A stretch of DNA of 33,148 nucleotides, taken from positions 1 through 33,148 of the forward strand of contig CAZWTE010000002.1 in the NCBI GenBank assembly GCA_964637465.1, in the 5' to 3' direction. The position numbers and the translations under genes are program-made. Source of the stretch: an uncultured Gammaproteobacteria bacterium (GTDB taxonomy: Bacteria > Patescibacteriota > Microgenomatia > Daviesbacterales > UBA10151). Of the stretch, positions 24,554 through 32,974 are shown piece after piece; position 1 is the first letter of the stretch; every line of letters starts with the position of its first letter. A model generated the notes under the pieces. That model worked only from the letters and a program-made list of their open reading frames with translations. It did no database searches and was not told the DNA's origin.

Positions 24554-25444
24554 ATGTTTCGGGTACTTTTTTCTATTGGCAACTTATCTGTTTCTTCGTT
24601 TGGAGTTTTTTTGGCATTGGGATTTTTACTTGGCATATTTTTGATCTGGAGACTGGCCCGGGCTTGGGATTTAGATGAAGAGAGAGTTTTGGATTTGGTA
24701 TTGCTGGCCTTCTTGGGAGGGCTGGCAGGGGCGCGGGTTTATTTCGCGATAGAGAATTGGCAATATTTTGCCGTAAATCCGCTGAATTTGATTTTAATCA
24801 ACAAAATCCCCGGGTTTTCTTTTTGGGGCGGGTTTTTGGGCGGGTGGCTGACTCTATATCTGCTTGCCAGGCGGAAACGCCTGGACTTTTGGCAGCTGGC
24901 TGATATTGCCTCCATAGGACTGCTGGGAGGATTGGTATTATCCGGGGTGGGGTGTTTTTTAGGCAGTTGTAATACCGGCATCGTCTCAAAAGCTTTTTTT
25001 GCTGTCACCCAGGTGGGAGCTTTGGGTAAAAGATGGCCTGTCCAGATAATTGAAGCATTACTTTTGACGGTAGTTTTATCAAAAATTTGGTCACAAGCCA
25101 CCCGCTTTCATCAGAGAGGAAAAATAGTCAGCATGACGCTTATTTTAGTAGGCGGCACAAAGCTGATACTTGAGCCTTTAAAACAAAACCATTCAGAAAT
25201 CATTTTTTCCGGCATGTTTGTTATTTTAGGTATTGTTATTTTTTATCGGGTGACAAAACAAAATCCGGTTACACATCTTAAAGGATGGGGAATATTTTTG
25301 ATTAAGCTGTTAAACGATTCAAAGACCAGGACTTTGGTAGTGCAAAAAGTTAGTCAATACTGGTATAATCAGATAACCGGCATTGGCTGGAAGCTAAGGA
25401 ATTTGAAAAAATTACTAAGGAGATCCAATGTTAAGCTTTCCTAA
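24554..25444 (+). CDS. lgt: prolipoprotein diacylglyceryl transferase-like
   Basis: SFGVFLALGFLLG; GGLAGARVYF; WGGFLGGWL; RWPVQIIEAL (compare the Lgt block PtQLYE). I preferred the ATG at 24554 over the TTG at 24518. Confidence 0.7.
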   Translation: MFRVLFSIGNLSVSSFGVFLALGFLLGIFLIWRLARAWDLDEERVLDLVLLAFLGGLAGARVYFAIENWQYFAVNPLNLILINKIPGFSFWGGFLGGWLTLYLLARRKRLDFWQLADIASIGLLGGLVLSGVGCFLGSCNTGIVSKAFFAVTQVGALGKRWPVQIIEALLLTVVLSKIWSQATRFHQRGKIVSMTLILVGGTKLILEPLKQNHSEIIFSGMFVILGIVIFYRVTKQNPVTHLKGWGIFLIKLLNDSKTRTLVVQKVSQYWYNQITGIGWKLRNLKKLLRRSNVKLS

Positions 25445-25787
25445 AAAAACCCTGGAATTTATCAAAAGATACCTGCTAAGACAACAAAAAGAGGTAGAAA
25501 TGAACCTAAAAGGAGTTAGTGCGGACGATCCGGCTAAGAGTCCGGCTTTGGCAGAAAGTTCTGAACCGGGCACAGATTCCTATATTGCCGATACCCACAC
25601 CAGGACTGTAGTTTTAGAGCAGCAACTTAAAAGCGCAAAAACCAGTATTGCAACAGCCCTGGTAAAAATTAAAAAAGGCACTTATGGCAAGTGTGAAAAG
25701 TGTAACAACCAAATTCAGGTAGGCAGGCTTCTAGCCATGCCCACTGCCCAATATTGTGTGTCCTGCTCCAAGCAAAAGACTAAATAA
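25428..25787 (+). CDS. DksA/TraR-family C4 zinc-finger protein
   Basis: CEKCNNQI...AQYCVSCS four-Cys finger at the C-terminus, preceded by a coiled-coil-like region. The last roughly 64 nt contain repeat copy 1. Confidence 0.75.
   Translation: MLSFPKKTLEFIKRYLLRQQKEVEMNLKGVSADDPAKSPALAESSEPGTDSYIADTHTRTVVLEQQLKSAKTSIATALVKIKKGTYGKCEKCNNQIQVGRLLAMPTAQYCVSCSKQKTK
25724..25771 (+). repeat. 48-bp direct repeat, copy 1 (inside the 3' end of the DksA/TraR gene)
   Basis: CAGGCTTCTAGCCATGCCCACTGCCCAATATTGtGTGTCCTGCTCCAA is 47/48 identical to 32064-32111. Confidence 0.95.
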
Positions 25788-25862
25788 TTACCTCACGGGA
25801 TAAGGGTGTGGTATATTTCTATATGACTCAAACGGAGTTTTGAGTATTAATATTTCATCTTT

Positions 25863-26912
25863 ATGAATAAGCATATAATCAATCTTTCACGGAATGAAAA
25901 TCTTTACGGGTTCCCGAATAAAATATTACAAAAAACAGATAGGATATTAAATAGATTAGGACTAATTACTTATCGGAAAGAGAGTAACCTAAGAGAGAAA
26001 CTCAGTAAAAAACACAAAGTGAAAATAGACAATATTTTCATAGAAATGGGTGCTGAAGGTGCTTTACGTGAGATATTTGTTAATTTATCCCGTCTGACTG
26101 ATAGTAAAATATTATTAAGCGATATTTTGTGGGATTATTATAAGGAATTAGCAAAGCAGCAAAATTTGCTTACTGTTTTTTACCGGATCAAAAAAAATAA
26201 AAAAAAGAATACTTATGAATTTGATTTAGAAGAGATAAATACCGCAATTAAACAGGAAAAACCTACAGCCATAATAATAAATAATCCCCATAATCCTGCT
26301 GGCTATCAGATACCGGAAAAGAAGTTAGGCAGACTACTAAGAAAAATTAACAAAAAAATAATAGTTATTTTTGACGAAACTTATTTTGGATTCCGGAATA
26401 GTTATGATAATAGAGGTTTATTCATCAAACGATATCCTAATTTGATTGTCGTAAGAAGTTTTTCCAAACTTTACGCCGTAGCAGGTATTCGAATCGGTTA
26501 TTTGTTGATTGGAGATTATGCCCGCAAGAAACTAAATATCTATGCCCCTTACCTGGGGCATAATTTTATTGCAGAAGAGATTGCAAGTATGCTTTTGGAT
26601 GAAACAAAGTTCTATCAATCGATTAGAGAAGAAATTAATAGGCAGCGTGATGTTTTATACCATTATTTTAACCGCTTGAAGGGTTTTCAAGCCTATAAAT
26701 CAGTAGCAAATTTCTTATTAATTCGGATCAATTCAGAATTATATTCTCACATTGGATATAAACAATATATGGAACAGAATGGGTATATATTCAAATTATA
26801 TACAGAGGACAGATTGAAGAATTGTATAAGAATAACTATTCCTTTAAATGAACATATCCAGAAAATTATTAGACTGACTAACTCCTTTATAACAGGAAAA
26901 AACAATGAGTAA
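25863..26912 (+). CDS. PLP-dependent aminotransferase, class I/II (HisC-like family)
   Basis: LSRNENLYG; INNPHNPAG; RSFSKLYAVAGIRIGY (PLP Lys). The gene is very AT-rich and Lys/Asn-rich, and contains KKNKKKN. Confidence 0.8.
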   Translation: MNKHIINLSRNENLYGFPNKILQKTDRILNRLGLITYRKESNLREKLSKKHKVKIDNIFIEMGAEGALREIFVNLSRLTDSKILLSDILWDYYKELAKQQNLLTVFYRIKKNKKKNTYEFDLEEINTAIKQEKPTAIIINNPHNPAGYQIPEKKLGRLLRKINKKIIVIFDETYFGFRNSYDNRGLFIKRYPNLIVVRSFSKLYAVAGIRIGYLLIGDYARKKLNIYAPYLGHNFIAEEIASMLLDETKFYQSIREEINRQRDVLYHYFNRLKGFQAYKSVANFLLIRINSELYSHIGYKQYMEQNGYIFKLYTEDRLKNCIRITIPLNEHIQKIIRLTNSFITGKNNE

Positions 26913-27915
26913 AATTTTAGTCATGGGTGGTACTCAGTTTGTCGGTAAGGCTGTTGTTAAATATTTTATACAAAAAAACCATTCTGTAGACATCTTTACC
27001 AGAGGGAATATTGCAGTTGATTATGTTGGGATAAATCAACATATTAAGGGAGACAGAAAAAATAAGGATTTTGTAAGAAAAGCCTTAGCTGATAAAAAAT
27101 ATGATTTTGTAATAGATATATCTGCGTATACGGTAGAGGATACGGCCATTTTACTTCCTAATCTCAATAAAAGCCATCTGAAAAAATATATTTTCATCAG
27201 TTCCGGAGCAGTTTATAACAAGCCTAAATCTTCTATTCAGCCGGTGTTATTTAAAGAAAACTCTCCTGCGAAACTAATTCCTCATCCTGCTTGGGGGAAT
27301 TACGGTTTAGAAAAGAAAAAGGCTGAAAATTATATAAGGGAACAATCTAAAAAGAGGGCAATTAATTTTATTATTATTCGTCCGTCCTATATCTATGGAA
27401 TAGGGAATAATTTATTAAGAGAGCAATTTTATTTTTCCCGGATTGAATCAGGACAGGCAATATTTATCCCGGCAAATACCAGAACACATATCCAATTTAT
27501 TAATATTGATGATTTATATATTTTCATAGAACAATGCTTAATAAATCCAAAAGCGCGAAATCAAGTTTATAATGTGGCTCACCCCCAAATATTAACCTGG
27601 CGGGTTTTTGTAAATTTTATCATAAAAGCCTGTGGAAAAAAAACAAGAGTTTATGAAATATCCAATAAAATAGAACCAAATGCGCGGTTATATTCGCCTT
27701 TCCGCGATGAAAATATGGCATTAGATATTTCAAAATTACTAAAACATGGCTTTTCTTCGCCGGGGGTTGATCTTGAAGCAGGTTTAAATATAGCATACAC
27801 TTATTTTAAATTTACAAATGAAGGAAAAAATAAAAGATTTGTGGGATTTAAGGATCCAAAAATGACTAGACTGGATGAGATATCTGTTTTGATGAAAAAA
27901 CAAGATGATTTTTGA
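26905..27915 (+). CDS. NAD(P)-dependent epimerase/dehydratase (extended SDR)
   Basis: ILVMGGTQFVGKAV Rossmann motif, FISSGAVY, and a YGLEKKKAE YxxxK catalytic motif. It overlaps the upstream gene by 8 nt (ATGAGTAA). Confidence 0.8.
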   Translation: MSKILVMGGTQFVGKAVVKYFIQKNHSVDIFTRGNIAVDYVGINQHIKGDRKNKDFVRKALADKKYDFVIDISAYTVEDTAILLPNLNKSHLKKYIFISSGAVYNKPKSSIQPVLFKENSPAKLIPHPAWGNYGLEKKKAENYIREQSKKRAINFIIIRPSYIYGIGNNLLREQFYFSRIESGQAIFIPANTRTHIQFINIDDLYIFIEQCLINPKARNQVYNVAHPQILTWRVFVNFIIKACGKKTRVYEISNKIEPNARLYSPFRDENMALDISKLLKHGFSSPGVDLEAGLNIAYTYFKFTNEGKNKRFVGFKDPKMTRLDEISVLMKKQDDF

Positions 27916-28891
27916 GAGATTAAACAATAATTCAAGCATTGCCGAAATTACAGAGGCATTACTCGTAAGAGGAAGTGAACAGCAAAAGTTGTTTGAGAAA
28001 GCAAGCGAATTTCGCGGTGACAAGGTATATATCAGGGCAGCGATCGAACCCAGTAATATTTGCCGGCAAAATTGTACTTACTGCGGCATGAGAAGAGACA
28101 ACAAAGAACTCGCACGGTTCCGTATTACCGATACACCATTGGATAAATTGGTAGATGAGGCTATTTCTATACCTGAAGTTGATTTTGTGCATATTGCCCT
28201 TGGTGAAGATATCAAATTCCCCTTTAATCAAGTAGCTAATTTAATCAGAAGGGTGAATAGCGCCGGAAAAACAATCTCTCTTGTATTAGGAGAATTGCCC
28301 GAGGCTGTTTATTCAATGTTATATGATGCCGCGGAAGGCAACCCAGCCCGATTTACAATAAATTTGGAGACAACAGATAACGAATTATTCGAAAAGATTA
28401 AGCCAGGACACCGTTTCGCAAAAAGGCTTGGTAAGCTGGAAGCGATAGAAAGAATAGGTTTTCAACCTTGTTCCGGCATAATAGCAGGGTTACCGGACCA
28501 GACTTATGAAATAGTGGCAAAAGATTTATTATTTCTTGTAAACTATCACAGGCTTGTTGATATCAGCGCCAGTACGTTTATCCCTAGTCCCAGTTCTCCG
28601 CTTGAGGGTTGTTTTCGTGGTGACGATAATCTTACTTTAAATTTCTTAAGCCTGATTCGTTTAATTACAAAAAATCCATCGCTTACTATCAGCGCATCGA
28701 GTTCTCTTGCTGAAGACGCAAGGCAGACAGCTTTGCAGTTCTTTGCCAACTTGGTTACTATACATCTGTTGCCCAAGCAATACCAAGGTTTATATCTGAT
28801 ATATAACGGCGAAAACCGCAGCTTCCAACAGATTGATGCTATTCGGAAGCGCGTTTCGGATTTAGGCCTGAGGTTTAATAAGTCAGCATAA
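27905..28891 (+). CDS. radical SAM enzyme of the HydE/PylB/BioB clade
   Basis: IEPSNICRQNCTYCGMRRDN (CxxxCxxC). Downstream blocks are LGELPE, ETTDNELF, GLPDQT, DLLFL and FIPSPSSPL, in the order I recall for HydE/PylB-type enzymes. It overlaps the upstream gene by 11 nt. Confidence 0.8.
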   Translation: MIFERLNNNSSIAEITEALLVRGSEQQKLFEKASEFRGDKVYIRAAIEPSNICRQNCTYCGMRRDNKELARFRITDTPLDKLVDEAISIPEVDFVHIALGEDIKFPFNQVANLIRRVNSAGKTISLVLGELPEAVYSMLYDAAEGNPARFTINLETTDNELFEKIKPGHRFAKRLGKLEAIERIGFQPCSGIIAGLPDQTYEIVAKDLLFLVNYHRLVDISASTFIPSPSSPLEGCFRGDDNLTLNFLSLIRLITKNPSLTISASSSLAEDARQTALQFFANLVTIHLLPKQYQGLYLIYNGENRSFQQIDAIRKRVSDLGLRFNKSA

Positions 28892-28892
28892 T

Positions 28893-29996
28893 ATGTTTAA
28901 TATATTAGTACTAAATTCTGATAAATCCACGGGAATAAATTTTACTAAATCACTTCAGCTTGCGAAAAAAGAATATAATAGAGATTATTACATTATTGGT
29001 ACTTCAACCGATCTTATTCGTTCGAAGCTTTGCAATAACGATCAGACCATTTTGCTTAATCAGAGATTTAAATCTCCATTAGAAGTTATGAAATACATTG
29101 AGAAAAAATTACAGAAGAAAATTAATTTAGTGTATGAAACAAAGAGCGCGGAACGCATGTTGCAAATTAATTCTTACAGAGAAAGACTACCGGTTTTTAT
29201 CCCTTCTGCCAAATCAATTAGAATATTTGAAAATAAATTTAGAACTTATTACATCTTAAAAAAGAATGGATTTCCCGTACCGGAAACCCGGAAACCGAAA
29301 AATCGGCGGGAAGTAAAAAGAATTATATCCGAAATAGGACATCCAAATGTGTGGATTAGGCGCTCGGCTGGTCAAGGAGGTAAAGGGTCATTTATATCAA
29401 ATGATGCGGATTATATTGCTGATATAATTGATCGGGATAACAACGGTTGGGGAAATTATATTATTTCGGAAAGATTGCCTAAACAAGATCTTTCGAAGGG
29501 ATGGGGGCCTCATTTAAAAGATGATTTATTACCAGGGGAAATGGTTACTTGGATTGCTTTGTATGACAACGGAGATTTGGTTGCTTCTCAAACCCGGAAG
29601 AGATTGTATTGGGAACATTCTGATTTAACACCATCTGGAGTAACCGGATATTCCGGAGCCAATATGACAATTAAACTTGATAGCCTACACGATTTATGTG
29701 ATAAGATGATACGTTCGATCGATAATAAGCCGCAGGGTGCTATGGGGGCAGATTTTGTTGTTGATAGCGATGGTGCTCCAAAGTTAACCGAAATTCAATC
29801 CAGCAGGTTTTTTACCTCAACTTATCCGCTCACATTATTAGGTTTAAATTTTCCTGATTTATATATCAATTGTTTTAGAAAAAAAAGCATTCAAAAGGGA
29901 ATCATAAATCCATGTAAACCAGGTATGATTTATATTCAGAGATTTGGGGCTGATAGTGTTATGGTTGATAGAGATACTTTAAAAGACGGCATTTAG
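28893..29996 (+). CDS. ATP-grasp ligase
   Basis: KFRTYYILKKNGFPVPET...WIRRSAGQGGKGSF...GAMGADFVVDSDGAPKLTEIQSSRF is an ATP-grasp fold pattern. The start is 1 nt after the radical SAM stop. Confidence 0.75.
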   Translation: MFNILVLNSDKSTGINFTKSLQLAKKEYNRDYYIIGTSTDLIRSKLCNNDQTILLNQRFKSPLEVMKYIEKKLQKKINLVYETKSAERMLQINSYRERLPVFIPSAKSIRIFENKFRTYYILKKNGFPVPETRKPKNRREVKRIISEIGHPNVWIRRSAGQGGKGSFISNDADYIADIIDRDNNGWGNYIISERLPKQDLSKGWGPHLKDDLLPGEMVTWIALYDNGDLVASQTRKRLYWEHSDLTPSGVTGYSGANMTIKLDSLHDLCDKMIRSIDNKPQGAMGADFVVDSDGAPKLTEIQSSRFFTSTYPLTLLGLNFPDLYINCFRKKSIQKGIINPCKPGMIYIQRFGADSVMVDRDTLKDGI

Positions 29997-30068
29997 AGTT
30001 CACTTAAGAGATTAAAATATTTCGAAGTATTGACTTTAGTTTGGTATTATGCTAAAAACCAACACACT

Positions 30069-31979
30069 ATGAGTTTGGTTAAGGCGGAAGGAGAACCTGT
30101 AGGTATTACCTCTCCGGGGGACTTAGAGAAATTATCTAAGTTAGTCAGGTATTATATTTTAACTTCAACATCTGCGGCCGGTTCCGGACATCCTACATCC
30201 TCTTTATCCGCAGTAGAGCTTACATCAACACTCCTTTTTGGCGGTTTTTTCAGATTTGATCTGGGTAATAAAGATAATCCGCATAACGACCGTTTGATTT
30301 TTTCCAAAGGTCACGCTTCGCCGCTTTTTTACTCTTTGTTTGCGGCAGCCGGTACAATTTCTGAAGATGAACTTTTAACAATGCGTAAATTTGGCAGCCG
30401 TTTAGAAGGTCATCCAACTCTGGAGTTTCCTTATACAGAGGTACCTACCGGTTCTTTAGGTCAGGGTTTATCAGTAGGTTTGGGAATGGCGTTAAACAGT
30501 AAATATATTGATAAAACCGGATTTAGGACTTTTGTGCTTATGGGTGATTCTGAAGTGGCAGAAGGTTCTGTGTGGGAAGCAATGGGGGTTGCCTCTTTTT
30601 ATAAACTGGATAATTTAGTCGGCATTTTAGATGTTAACAGGTTGGGTCAAAGTAGGGAGACTATGCTGGGTCATGATATTAAAACTTATGAAAAAAGAAT
30701 TTCTTCTTTTGGTTGGGAAGCAGTAGTTTTAGAAGATGGCCATGATATAGGACAAATAATTGCTGCCTATGATAGAACCTTAGCCTGTAGGGACAAACCG
30801 ATTATGATTATTGCCAGAACCTTAAAAGGTAAGGGCATATCGTTTTTAGAAGATAAAGAAAACTGGCACGGAAAAGCCCTTTCTAAAGAAAAATTGAAAT
30901 TAGCGCTTGGAGAACTTGGGTATATTGATAGAGATCTGAGAGGCAGTATTACACCACCAGAAGAAATTAAGCATCAAGCAACAGAATTAAAAAGCGATCT
31001 GCAAGTTTCACCAACTCATCAAGTTGAGTCAACTACGGACTACTTAATAGGTAATTTACTTACGACAAGGAATGCATTTGGTAATGCGCTAGTAAGGCTT
31101 TTCCCAAGATACCCTAATATGGTTGTCATGGATGGGGAAACTTCAAATTCCACATTTTCTGAATTATTTGCCAAAGCTTATCCACAGAATTATTTTGAGA
31201 TGTTTATTGCGGAACAAAATATGGCAGGAGCTGCCCTAGGTTTGGCAAAACAGGGTAAAATACCCTTTATTACCGCGTTTGCAGCTTTTTTTAGCCGTGC
31301 TTTTGATCAGATTAGGATGGCGCAATACGCTGATGCCAATATTAAATATTGCGGCTCTCATGCTGGAGTTTCAATAGGTGAAGACGGATCATCTCAAATG
31401 GGACTGGAGGATATAGCAATGTTCCGTTCACTCCTAGGAAGTGTTGTATTATATCCTTCCGATGCTGTCTCGGCTGAAAAGTTAACCGAAGAGGCCATCA
31501 AACACCGCGGCATCGTTTATATCCGAACGACCAGAAAAGATACACCTGTTATTTACCGTGCAGACGAAGAATTCCCAATAGGGGGCAGCAAGATTTTACG
31601 CGAAAGTCCGCTTGATAAAGTTACTGTAATCGGTGCAGGTGTTACACTACATGAAGCGCTAAAAGCTTATGATTTGTGTAAGGACAAAGGTATCTCAATC
31701 AGAGTAATTGATTTATATTCAATAAGTCCACTGGATGTAAAAACATTAAGGCGGTCTGCTGAAGACACAAAAGCCGTAATTACTGTTGAAGATCATCATA
31801 AGGCCGGAGGGTTGGGGGAAGCTGTTGCGGCGACATTATCGGGTACAGGTAAAAGCGTAAATATTATGGCTGTAGAAAAAATACCGCACAGCGGCAAACC
31901 GGATGAATTGCTTGAATATGAAGGGATTAATGCTGAGGCTATTTATTCGAAAGTAACACAATTGCTATCTTCAAAATAA
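30069..31979 (+). CDS. tkt: transketolase (single-chain, about 636 aa)
   Basis: SGHPTSSLSAVEL; DRLIFSKGHASPLFYS; LEGHP; GSLGQGLSVGLG; MGDSEVAEGSVWEA. The C-terminal Pyr and TKC domains are present. I preferred the ATG at 30069 over the TTG at 30030. Confidence 0.88.
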   Translation: MSLVKAEGEPVGITSPGDLEKLSKLVRYYILTSTSAAGSGHPTSSLSAVELTSTLLFGGFFRFDLGNKDNPHNDRLIFSKGHASPLFYSLFAAAGTISEDELLTMRKFGSRLEGHPTLEFPYTEVPTGSLGQGLSVGLGMALNSKYIDKTGFRTFVLMGDSEVAEGSVWEAMGVASFYKLDNLVGILDVNRLGQSRETMLGHDIKTYEKRISSFGWEAVVLEDGHDIGQIIAAYDRTLACRDKPIMIIARTLKGKGISFLEDKENWHGKALSKEKLKLALGELGYIDRDLRGSITPPEEIKHQATELKSDLQVSPTHQVESTTDYLIGNLLTTRNAFGNALVRLFPRYPNMVVMDGETSNSTFSELFAKAYPQNYFEMFIAEQNMAGAALGLAKQGKIPFITAFAAFFSRAFDQIRMAQYADANIKYCGSHAGVSIGEDGSSQMGLEDIAMFRSLLGSVVLYPSDAVSAEKLTEEAIKHRGIVYIRTTRKDTPVIYRADEEFPIGGSKILRESPLDKVTVIGAGVTLHEALKAYDLCKDKGISIRVIDLYSISPLDVKTLRRSAEDTKAVITVEDHHKAGGLGEAVAATLSGTGKSVNIMAVEKIPHSGKPDELLEYEGINAEAIYSKVTQLLSSK

Positions 31980-32063
31980 CAATATTTTTAATACCCTGTT
32001 TTGTACTGATAACTTTAGTAAAACACTATTTGTGAATTGCTCAAATTACTCTGGTTTGTTGGA

Positions 32064-32111
32064 CAGGCTTCTAGCCATGCCCACTGCCCAATATTGCGTG
32101 TCCTGCTCCAA
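32064..32111 (+). repeat. 48-bp direct repeat, copy 2
   Basis: 47/48 identical to 25724-25771, with a single T/C difference at 25754 versus 32094. Confidence 0.95.
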
Positions 32112-32136
32112 AAAAACTTCCAAAAAATCCAGATAA
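32065..32136 (+). pseudogene. displaced 3'-end remnant of a DksA/TraR zinc-finger gene
   Basis: In the frame of copy 1 it reads RLLAMPTAQYCVSCSKKTSKKSR-stop (TAA 32134-32136). There is no start codon or N-terminal portion upstream. Confidence 0.7.
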
Positions 32137-32140
32137 CATT

Positions 32141-32974
32141 CTAAACTTTTTGTGCAGTAAGTATGTAATATCCCGCTTTACCGTCCCTAAGAAGGTTTTG
32201 TAGACCAGTAAGCAATGCCTCGATGTCTTGAGGTGGATCTTTTGCACCTATATTTTGACTATCAGAAGGAAAATAATGTTGTGGTGCGATTACATTTTCG
32301 GTTACATCTCTTGGATTTATACAAGAGAAGTCATTTAAGAATAAGAGAATGATTAATTCTTGGATATGAATGATATTGGGAATATACATATGTGCTTTGA
32401 GTCCTTCGATGATGTCAGTTTCTTCTTTTGTTAATTTATCTGTATGCATTAGTATATCTGCTATTGTGATTCTGCCTTTGGATTTTAAAGTTCTATTTGA
32501 TTCTTGTATTAAACCTTTCTTGTTTTGAGAGTGGATAAAACTTTCACAGAAAATAATTCTATCGAAAATTTCACTCCGAAAAGCAATATGTTCGTAGTCT
32601 TGGACAGAGAATATAGGATAAGGAGATCTTTCGTGTTCATTATATTGATTTGCGAGATGAATATTATTTATTAATATATCTATTCCATATACTTTTGCCG
32701 CTGGTTCGATGCTGTTAATCTCGAATGCTAAAATTCCTACGCCACACCCCGCATCGAGGATGGATTGTTCAGGTTTAATTTCGCTAAGTTCTACGATTTT
32801 CTGAGACATTTGTAAAGCTGCATTAGAACTGCTTACAGGATTTTGCCAGTCTTGATAGCCGATATGCATAGCATAAAGACCTTTCTTTTTTAGATCAGGT
32901 GACCACCGCAAGAAAAGAGGTTCTGTTTCCCGATAGAAGTTTTCTACTCCGTGATACTTTTCATTTTTGATCAT
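32141..32974 (-). CDS. class I SAM-dependent methyltransferase
   Basis: ILDAGCGVGILAFE (motif I), with downstream acidic and hydrophobic motifs (VYGIDI, DRIIFCESF). It converges on tkt. Confidence 0.75.
   Translation of the reverse strand: MIKNEKYHGVENFYRETEPLFLRWSPDLKKKGLYAMHIGYQDWQNPVSSSNAALQMSQKIVELSEIKPEQSILDAGCGVGILAFEINSIEPAAKVYGIDILINNIHLANQYNEHERSPYPIFSVQDYEHIAFRSEIFDRIIFCESFIHSQNKKGLIQESNRTLKSKGRITIADILMHTDKLTKEETDIIEGLKAHMYIPNIIHIQELIILLFLNDFSCINPRDVTENVIAPQHYFPSDSQNIGAKDPPQDIEALLTGLQNLLRDGKAGYYILTAQKV

Larger units (their letters stand above)
25772..32063. mobile_element. putative inserted segment (about 6.3 kb islet) bounded by the 48-bp direct repeats; no integrase or transposase present
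   Basis: The repeats duplicate a gene's 3' end and leave an in-frame displaced remnant at the distal copy. The first two genes are markedly AT-rich. All five cargo genes are co-directional. Confidence 0.4.

Noticed and set aside
287-31000. Many ORF-track entries nested antisense or out-of-frame within larger genes. Examples: 287-562, 1412-1807, 1921-2379, 2410-2733, 3387-3674, 8054-8551, 8808-9152, 10723-10998, 17229-17735, 19372-19758, 21156-21428, 22540-23012, 23106-23420, 24739-25101, 27959-28231.
   Set aside because: Each lies wholly inside a gene with strong family motifs on another frame or strand. Their translations are low-complexity or lack motifs. I treat them as shadow ORFs.
25772-32141. 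Integrase, recombinase or transposase that would explain the repeat-bounded insertion
   Set aside because: All six-frame ORFs of at least 60 aa in the segment are accounted for by the five enzyme genes or their shadows. No recombinase-like ORF or inverted terminal repeats were seen.
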